Under the pieces are notes generated by a model. It worked only from the letters and a program-made list of their open reading frames with translations. It was not told the DNA's origin and did not search any database. The position numbers and the translations under genes are program-made. This document shows, piece after piece, positions 30,963 through 38,791 of a stretch of DNA of 64,000 nt. Where the stretch lies: IMG/VR virus record IMGVR_UViG_3300017971_000001, positions 62,001-126,000 of that record. One strand, 5' to 3'. How positions within the stretch are numbered: the stretch's first letter is position 1; the number at the start of each line of letters is the position of its first letter.

Positions 30963-32471
30963 TTACCGACACCGAGGGTAGTGCCTCCAGCCCGCCTTGC
31001 CCTTGCGGGAGCAGGCGCGCTCCCCCGGAGGGATCCGCCCCTTGCAGTGAATGCAGCGAATGCCGTAGTTGCCGCCGAGCGTGATCACGTTGTGATCGTC
31101 TTCGGGCGCCCCGCCAACCTCCCGGACCAACTTGCCGACGTCGTCCATGGGCTCGGTGCCGAGCGTATTCGCCTCGCTGCTGCGAACAGCGTCGTACAGC
31201 TGATCGATCAGATCAACAGCAGCCTCGAAGGAAAGCGGCAGGCTGTAGTTCTCGCCGACCAGTCGAGCGACGCCCGCAGACGATTGCACCCTGATCTTTC
31301 CCGGCTGCACGACGAAGAACGAGCCGCGGGGAGTCTTGAACTCCCTGTCTTCGTTCGCGACCTTTTCCAGGTGCAGGTTTGCCGCGTGCAGCTGCTCCTG
31401 CAGCTTGACGATCTCCGCGTTCCGGGCCTCGACCTTAGCGCTCCACTCGAGCGCGGCGTCCGCCCACTCCTTCGCGCCGAGCTCGAGCTCGCTCTTCCAC
31501 TTCAGAGCCTGGCTCGCCCAGTGCTGCTCGTCCCTGACGTAGTCTTCCCGGATCTTCGCATTCTGAGAGAGCAGGCGGCGCACTTCGTCGACGTGCTTCT
31601 CGTTACTGGTCTCGTGACCAACGGCGCACAGCCGACGTTCGAGGGCCCGAGTGCGTTCAAGCTGCCACCGCTGATTCGCTACTGCGCGCTTCCTCTCGCG
31701 GTCCAGCTGCTTGAGGGCAGCGTCGCGGTCGCCGCGCGCCTCCTCGAGGAGCGCCTTGAACATGTCGCGGCGGGACTCGGCGTGAGCGAGCTTGGCCTTG
31801 AGATTTTCGATCTCGCTCTTGGGCTCTTCTCCGGCCAGCGCGGCAGCCAGAGCGTTCCAATCGTCCCCGATAGCGCGGACCATTTCGTCCCACTGATCCT
31901 CGTGAACGTACAGCTTCCGCGGCGTTCCGAGTCCCCGCCCCCGCTCCTCGAGCCAAGCGCCGATCTTGCGCTTTCCCGACGGAAAGGCCTCTTTGTGAAT
32001 TCCAGTCACGGCCGCGGGGCACCAGTCCGACCCCGGAAAGCGGCAGAGCAAGTGGTCGCCAATCGAAACGTCCTGAAGAGGCGGCGCGCCGCAACCGCGA
32101 ACGATCAGCGGGTTCTCCCACTGCTCTTGAGCGACGGAGGTCATGACATTGTCGAAGGAGCGGAGCTCGAAGCTCACGTCGGTGTATCCGTTCACGCGGA
32201 ACAGCTTCCACTGACCCAAGACGTTGTATTCGACGACGTCGCCGACCTTGACGTCTTCCCACTTCGGAGGCTCGATCCTCTTAGGAAGGAGAACGAACCT
32301 TTCCTCAGTCGAGTGCCACCGCTTCGACTTGTCGATCGGGTCGATCAGCGTCAGGTCGCTGTTCCGCACGGTGTCCACGACCGCGATCCGCCAGCTTCTC
32401 TCCTCGGTTCGATACTTGACCCGATCGCCCGCCTTCAGGTCCCTGCCCTTGACCGTGCTCATTTGACTCAT
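30963..32471 (-). CDS. Protein with three Tudor/Agenet/SH3-like repeats and a long coiled coil
   Basis: LKAGDRVKY..E.SWRIAVV, VKVGDVVEY...GQWKLFRV, VSIGDHLLCRFPGSDWCPAAVTGI; C-terminal CxxC; ATG overlaps the stop of a peptide gene. Confidence 0.65.
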   Translation of the reverse strand: MSQMSTVKGRDLKAGDRVKYRTEERSWRIAVVDTVRNSDLTLIDPIDKSKRWHSTEERFVLLPKRIEPPKWEDVKVGDVVEYNVLGQWKLFRVNGYTDVSFELRSFDNVMTSVAQEQWENPLIVRGCGAPPLQDVSIGDHLLCRFPGSDWCPAAVTGIHKEAFPSGKRKIGAWLEERGRGLGTPRKLYVHEDQWDEMVRAIGDDWNALAAALAGEEPKSEIENLKAKLAHAESRRDMFKALLEEARGDRDAALKQLDRERKRAVANQRWQLERTRALERRLCAVGHETSNEKHVDEVRRLLSQNAKIREDYVRDEQHWASQALKWKSELELGAKEWADAALEWSAKVEARNAEIVKLQEQLHAANLHLEKVANEDREFKTPRGSFFVVQPGKIRVQSSAGVARLVGENYSLPLSFEAAVDLIDQLYDAVRSSEANTLGTEPMDDVGKLVREVGGAPEDDHNVITLGGNYGIRCIHCKGRIPPGERACSRKGKAGWRHYPRCR

Positions 32472-33232
32472 ACCCCGAATCCTCTCTCGAGGAACTGCCC
32501 GCGACCAAATTCGCGGCGTGTCCACCTGTTACCCCACCTGTCGGAAAACCTAACAACCGACAGCGACCCAAATCCAAAACGGAGACCCTCGCCGTAGCGA
32601 AAGCCTTGTCCGAACCCATTGGTCCGAACCCCCCAGCACGCCTGGTAACGCCGGCGCCTGATCACCGATTCCCGCCCGCAGCGCTGCCGACACCGACGCC
32701 GCATGCCTTGCCAAGTCCCCCCCGAGACGGAAGCGAGTTGCTGCCGCTGCCGGAGATCCTGCTCTGAGCGACTCCGAACCTCGCTCCGTTGCCAGCCGAG
32801 AACTCGACTGCGACCAAGGCCAGCCTCCTCCTCCGCGTTCTCTTCATGCGTCCTCGAAGTGCCGAATGACGAAGTGGAATCCGAGGACCCCGAAGAGGAA
32901 GCCGAACGATCGGACCGAGGCCGGAAGCACGCAGAGCATGAGCACGCACCACCAGGCTCCGATCGTGCAGATCGTGTTCACCGCTTGTTTCTGCTGAGCG
33001 GTCACGGCGAAGACCACTGCGACGAGAATTGACGGTGAACAAGGCCGCCGCCGTCGCGATAACGAAAGCTCGTGATCCCCAGGGTCCGGTACATGCCCCT
33101 GCCTCGAATGCGCGGGAAGGCCAGCTTGGCGAAGCGCCGCCCTCCAGAAGAAAAGTTGAGTCCAGATCCAATCCTCCGCCGGTGGTCCAGGGAGTACCAG
33201 AAGAAAAGCATTCGGCGCCGCCTCCTCAGCAT
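32468..33232 (-). other. Cluster F: 3 Arg-leader / Gly-rich peptide genes
   Basis: Members (-): 33002-33232, 32662-32847, 32468-32665; small TM ORF 32844-32981 in between. Confidence 0.8.
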
Positions 33233-33693
33233 TCGTCGAACGCGAATCCTCGCTCGGCTGCCCGCGCGCAGCGATCGCACTGGTAGCCGCGCTCGAGGTC
33301 CTGTCCCGTCAGGACGCCAGGGTCCTTGCACGTCGGGCAGGCGTAGACCCGCGGATTGCCGGGCCCTGCAGCACGAAGCGCCGATTCGCTGCCCGGGTCC
33401 GCAAACTCGCAGCGGTCGGCCGTGTAGTGGTTATAGGCGAGCGCGTTGTAGCAGGCCCAGCAGACCGCCTGCTCCATGAAGACGGTCACGGGCTCCTGAA
33501 CCTTGCAGCCGTAGCACCCGCCGTCGCCGAGCTCCTCGCCCGCGAAGCACTCGGGGCACTCCTCGAGCCGGATCGAATAGAGCCGGCCGCAGGCAGAGCA
33601 CTGGCTCAGCCCGCCCTCGGTAAGGGACTCGCTGTAGCCGGCGTCGTGAGCCGAGCGAAGATCGCCGGCGTCTTCGTTGTCGTAGTAGCTCAC
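33226..33693 (-). CDS. Multi-CxxC zinc-binding protein
   Basis: CSAC, CPEC, CYGC, CWAC, CPTC, CDRC. Confidence 0.75.
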   Translation of the reverse strand: MSYYDNEDAGDLRSAHDAGYSESLTEGGLSQCSACGRLYSIRLEECPECFAGEELGDGGCYGCKVQEPVTVFMEQAVCWACYNALAYNHYTADRCEFADPGSESALRAAGPGNPRVYACPTCKDPGVLTGQDLERGYQCDRCARAAERGFAFDEC

Positions 33694-33956
33694 TCTTCTT
33701 CTTCCGTGGGAACCATGAACAGCACCTGACTCTTGTTCAGGACGAAGTTGGTCCCCCCCTCGAGGGTCGTGACGTTGTCTCGCTGCCCGCGGCTGCTGTG
33801 CGTCAGGAGCGGCTCGAAGACCCCGTGCATGCCGTTCGTCCGATTCGTCGTCTCCAGGACCTGGACCTCAAGGAATCCCGAAAACTCCTTGCTGTCCCAG
33901 ACCTCCATGAGCCCGCAGAACTGAATGTGATCCCAGTTCAAAAGCTTGACGCGCAT
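33690..33956 (-). CDS. Hypothetical protein, possible Sm-like beta barrel
   Basis: C-terminal FVLNKSQVLFMVP recalls the Sm2 strand pair (compare Hfq MVYKHAISTVVP). Confidence 0.45.
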   Translation of the reverse strand: MRVKLLNWDHIQFCGLMEVWDSKEFSGFLEVQVLETTNRTNGMHGVFEPLLTHSSRGQRDNVTTLEGGTNFVLNKSQVLFMVPTEEEE

Positions 33957-34138
33957 TATTCGACTCCCTCTTCGTCGAGTTGCTTGATCGTGAGATTGAG
34001 AATGGCGCTGGATCTCGTCCAGTTGCCGCCGGGGTTCTCTGCCCTCAGACGCTCGAGATAGCGGTCGATCCGATCCGCGAGCTCGGGAGAGCAGCGAAAG
34101 CTACAGACGACCCGCTTGCCGTCCTCGTCTTCGCTCAT
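33956..34138 (-). CDS. Ribbon-helix-helix (CopG/Arc-like) regulator
   Basis: KRVVCSFRCSPELADRIDRY......TRSSAILNL; AAGGA SD; first gene of the leftward arm. Confidence 0.75.
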   Translation of the reverse strand: MSEDEDGKRVVCSFRCSPELADRIDRYLERLRAENPGGNWTRSSAILNLTIKQLDEEGVE

Positions 34139-34346
34139 TTTCGAATTCCTTTGCGTTTACCTGATCCGCCAAAGAGGACCGCACCCCTTGCGATCACGAG
34201 AGATATGTATACACGAAGAATCTCTTGTAGACAACGTCAGACTTCGCTGATATTGTTCTGCCTCGCAAGTCAAGGGGCGTCGTGTCCGGCTCCGGTGTGG
34301 TGTCGATCCTTCGCCCTCTTTCAAACGCTCAAGCAAGGAGAAAGCA
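34139..34346. promoter_or_regulatory. Divergent promoter region with paired operator-like palindromes
   Basis: Strand-switch point; TGTATACA (34206-34213) and TGTAGACA (34226-34233), 20 bp apart. Confidence 0.5.
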
Positions 34347-34748
34347 ATGAGCGACAAGCGGATTCGGGAACTGGAAAAGGCCGCGGCCGGCGGCGATACG
34401 GACGCGGCGGCTGAGCTCGAGCGCGTGCGCAGCAGGTCCTTCCAGGACCCCATGACGGCCTACTTCTCCAAGTTCATTGGGAAGGAGATCTATATCGAGG
34501 GAGCTCGCATGAACTACCTCGGCAAGCTCCTCGGCGTCGCCCAGGCGCCCGACGGCCAGCCGACCGGCCTGCTCATGTCGCCGATCCAGCGCGTCGGTGA
34601 CTGGAGCCGCACCGGCCCCGACCACGAGCACGTCATGGAAATGCCCTCGAGCGAGGAGCTCCCCGGGCTGATCCCGACGGCCGCGATCGACCAGTTCAGC
34701 GAGGCTCCGAAGGGCTGGCTGCGCCCCGTCGAGAACAACTTCGGCTAG
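34347..34748 (+). CDS. Putative Sm/LSm(Hfq)-fold protein with SDxRIRELE N-terminal module
   Basis: AAGGAG SD; very high GC3; FSKFIGKEIYIEGARMNYLGKLLGV...LLM (Sm1-like) and GLIPTAAIDQF (Sm2-like). Confidence 0.6.
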   Translation: MSDKRIRELEKAAAGGDTDAAAELERVRSRSFQDPMTAYFSKFIGKEIYIEGARMNYLGKLLGVAQAPDGQPTGLLMSPIQRVGDWSRTGPDHEHVMEMPSSEELPGLIPTAAIDQFSEAPKGWLRPVENNFG

Positions 34749-34788
34749 GCCGAGAACACAGCTTCGGTTGTCCCCCGAGGTGTCCCCT

Positions 34789-34838
34789 GAAGCGCCCGCC
34801 GGCCACGCTCCCCCTCGTGCCGGCGGGCGCTTCTCTTT
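34789..34838 (+). terminator. Intrinsic terminator / attenuator hairpin
   Basis: GAAGCGCCCGCCGG...CCGGCGGGCGCTTC followed by TCTTT, between the Sm-like gene and cluster G. Confidence 0.65.
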
Positions 34839-36378
34839 AGAAGGTATCGCATGAATCGCCGACGCAGGAACAATGCCGCCTTCGATTTCTCGCCTAAGAA
34901 TTGGCGCTGGTGTGAAGGTCTAGGCTGGGGGCTCGGACGGTCGCTGGGATCCGGAGTGAATGATTCGCGGGGAGTCGGGCAAGGATTCGCTGCATTCGAC
35001 AAACTCGAGTTCGACTACTGGCGCTGGGAGTCCATGTCCGACGAGTGTCTGGCCGGCTTTCTTGAAAGCGTTGAGTGACCCGACGCAGAAGACGAATGAT
35101 CTACTACAGCAGCGGAGTCGGCCTTATGTCCCCGCGCCGGCGAGGTGAAGGTGAACCCTGCGGCGCCGGCCTCGGCCTCGGCAGAGGAAGAGCTCTTCTT
35201 CAGGGCGGGTACGCACTCTTGCTGTTTCCACACCGACCTGAGAGCGGCTGGGGGTTGGGTGCCGACTGCGGCTGGGGTGTGGAGTATCTGTGAGGCGACG
35301 CAGGCGCGCTTATGGACGGGTTTTTAGCACCTGGCTCGGAATCGGACAGACCAGGTTCGCAGGATCTGCTCAACGCCTGGCCGTTGGGATCGGCCGGAGT
35401 GAATACATAGGGCACGGCATGGGAATCGGAATCGGGAGGGGGTCATGAAGCGAATCAGGCGACGCGGCGGCCTCTCGATCGACTTCTCGCCCAAGCGCCC
35501 GCTGGATTGTGAAGGGTGGGGCGTAAAGAGAGCGCTCGGCGCAGGGTCGGCCAGCGTCCGCGGAGTCGGTCTCATGGTCGCTGACTTCGGTTGCATTGAG
35601 TCGCTTGGGCCCTCTGTTCTTGGAGATAACTTCGAATGGCTTGGCTGGGAAGGGCTCTCAGACGAAGTGCTCCAAGCAGAGATCGAATCACTGGAGGAAT
35701 CCACTTGAGGCGGATCCGCCATGCAAGGCTTATCGGGCAGACTGGTATCGGCGTCGACTTCGGCGTGGGGACGGGCGTCGAGGACTGGCAGGAGCTCCAA
35801 ATTGGAGTCGGGGCCGGGATCTACCATTGGTGCTCCTGGCTCAGGTGGACCCAATGAAGCGAAGGAGGCGAGTCTTTTTCTTGAACACCCGGCTCGCAGG
35901 GCAGTGGAGGAGAGTCGGCGCTGGCTGTGCGAGCCTCTTCGGCAGCGGGACGCCAGGTCGGTATCAAGTCGTGCGTGGCTGGGGCCTCGGCTATGCAGAC
36001 GGTTCGAGGTAGTCATGACCAGACGGCGAAGAAGAAACGTTGGCCAAGTTGGCTGGGGGTTAGAGATCGCAGAAGGGATAGGGACGGGAGAATTCCCGCC
36101 TAATTATTCATGCGGGAGAGGACTCGACTTCGAGCATGGCTACTTCCTCCTCTAGGCGGGGCCGGGTTTCTTCCGAGGAGCGCAACTGTAATGCGTCGGC
36201 GAAGAAGGCGGGTTGTCTACTATGCAGGCGCGTCGGGCTGCATGATCGTGACCGGAAGGGCAGAGGCAAGGCCGAGAGGGTCCGGCCTTGGCTTCAATCG
36301 ATCTCCGCCCCAGCAAGGACAGCTAACGAGCGGGGGCTGGGGACTGAATGCCGACTGCGGCTGGGGACTGGAGTACCC

Positions 36379-36591
36379 ATGAGTATCAAGAAAGCCAGAC
36401 TCGATCACGCGGCGCGGAACGATCACAGTTGCTGCACCCGGCTTCCGGGCGAGAACTTCCACACAGAAGAGTGCCCGGTCTGCGGACGGCTCATGCTGGT
36501 CAGCAGGGCGCTCGTCTTCAAGTGCATGGGGATTGGGTTCTTCCTCGGCGCGTTCGCGGGCAGCGCGGTCATGGAATGGGCGACTTCGTGA
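36379..36591 (+). CDS. Small Zn-ribbon/TM protein embedded in cluster G
   Basis: MSIKKA...CPVCG...TM tail; coupled on both sides. Confidence 0.6.
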   Translation: MSIKKARLDHAARNDHSCCTRLPGENFHTEECPVCGRLMLVSRALVFKCMGIGFFLGAFAGSAVMEWATS

Positions 36592-38368
36592 CCCGAAGAA
36601 GGAGGAGGCTTATCAGCAGCGCGGCTGGCTGGTGTTGCGGAGAATTCTGCAAGCCGTTCGGCGTCGGTGTCTACACGGACATTGGAGTCGGGGCGACTAC
36701 GGACGCGGTCGGTCGAGGAACTCGATCCGCATACGGTCACGGACAGCGCAGAAAGGGCTGGTCGTGAAGCGGCGTCGGCGCATGATCAGCTGCTACAAGA
36801 TCTCAGAGCGAGGGCTCGATCGGTTCAACGGGGCGGTCAGGCACCGAAAAGGTGAGTGGGGTGGGCTGCGGTCTGCAGTAACCGCGTTCGGAAGGCTGTC
36901 GATCGTAGGCATGGGGTTCGGCCTCGGTCGAAGGAACGGATTTTTTTGGTAAGGCGAAGGAGACACTCGAGGGGTGAATGGAGATCTCGCGGAAGGGGGC
37001 TCGGACGCTACTCGATCCAGGGTCGGTGGCGTTTCTACTACCCGCCCATTTACCCCTACCGCGCCCTCCCCAGGGGAGTCGAAATCGCCGCAGCCGTTGG
37101 CTGGGGCGCGGGTCACGCCAATGGATACGGTGGACGCAGGCGGTCGCATTGAAGAGGAAGAGGCACAACCGATCGCTTGGATTCTACCTCGGGTCGTCTG
37201 GGGCCGGCGGTCCACGCCACAGACGGCGCCGCCCGAAGGGCCGAGTCTACGGAGCCGGTTTCAGAATCTCCATTGCGTGGGGCAGTCTGGGAGGCGCTCC
37301 CTGCGTAGTGTCCGGAGGGCTCGGTTACTCGGTCGGCACCGCAGGAAACAGGCACCCTTCCTGCGAATTTGGGTTCGGTTTGAACTGCTTGTCATGAAGC
37401 GACCGCGACGACGATACCGAGTCCCCGACGTTCACCTCCCGCTCGAGCTCGACGCGTTCGGCTGGGGACTGCGCTGCTTCGGGCAAACTCGCTGGGACTG
37501 GTTCGACGAGCTCGTGGTTGGAGGGCTGGGCTTGAGGCGAAAGACAGGCGCCGGTCAACGGCGCTGCGCAGGCGTTCACCACAGGCCAGACGAGTGGCCG
37601 CCGAGATCGCACGAGGTCATTTTCTAAATGAAGAGATCGAGGCGGAGGTATCGCGTTCACGACGCAAACTCGTTCGGCCAGCCTGACTCCTACGGCTGGG
37701 CCATGGACGGATTCGGTCAGCTGGACTGGCGCTGGTACGACCCCATGTATGTCGAGGGGAGGGGCCTCGGGCGGAAGTTGGGAGACGGGCTGTGGTATGG
37801 AGCGGGGGCGTCTCGACTCAACCGGCGCTACACGCTCATGTACGAGGGGCCTGAATGAGAAGGCGGCGCAGAATGCCCCAGATTCGATTCAACTGCCCTG
37901 AGTCCGCAGGGTTCGGGCTGAATGAATCGGGCTTGAATTCGTGGTGGTCTCGTCAGCCTCCGCGGGGAAGCGGGCTATGGCTGCCGGTAGGGCTGGCGTG
38001 CTGGTCATGAAGCGTCGTCGACGGATCGGCAACCCCTGCTGCAGCCACATGCGTGGATACGGCCTGAGGAAAACGCTGAGCGTTGGGCTCTGTCCTTTGG
38101 TCTGGGATCGATTGAAGTCCCTTGAATCGGGGCGAGGTTTGGTCCACGCGTTCGGCTGGGGGATCGAATGAAGCGCAGGCGGAAATGCAGGCGGCCGAAG
38201 AGGTTCGTCTCGACGGGGCTCACTCCCTATCACTGGATCAACCTCGAGCGAGGCGTTGGGCTAAGGTGTTTTGTTGGGTCCGGGGTCATATCCTCTTGGG
38301 GTGACTATGTGATCGGCAGGAACCCCTCTCAAGCATGAAGTGAAACGCACAAACAAGGAGGAACTGGA

Positions 38369-38791
38369 ATGACGAAAGCGAACAAAGAGGTCCCCGGGGA
38401 TCTCGCGAAATTGATCCACTGCTACACCGGGCCGGGGGTCGCCCTCTACGCTCAGACGCAGCGAGGCGAGAAGAGCCGGCTGCCGAGGGAGCGCCTGGAG
38501 GAACTCGTCGAGGAGGGTTGGCTCTCGGCTCACGATCGATCGTTCGCTGAAGGCTGGGACGGGGAAGAGGAAGAGATCGCTCCCGAGTTCGAAGACGGGA
38601 GGTGGTGGAACCCCGGCACCGGCGACGAGATCCCCGCCGAGAAAGTCTACCGCTCCTACCTGACTCTTCCGGCGGCCCACGAAACGCACGCAGCAAAGCT
38701 GGCTCGACTCGAGCGCCTGCGGAGCCGAGTCCGCGAGACGCTCGACGAGATCGCCGCCCTGGAGCAAGAACTCGGAATTCAGGGCGAGTGA
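38369..38791 (+). CDS. Hypothetical protein embedded in cluster G
   Basis: AAGGAGG SD, high GC3. Confidence 0.75.
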   Translation: MTKANKEVPGDLAKLIHCYTGPGVALYAQTQRGEKSRLPRERLEELVEEGWLSAHDRSFAEGWDGEEEEIAPEFEDGRWWNPGTGDEIPAEKVYRSYLTLPAAHETHAAKLARLERLRSRVRETLDEIAALEQELGIQGE

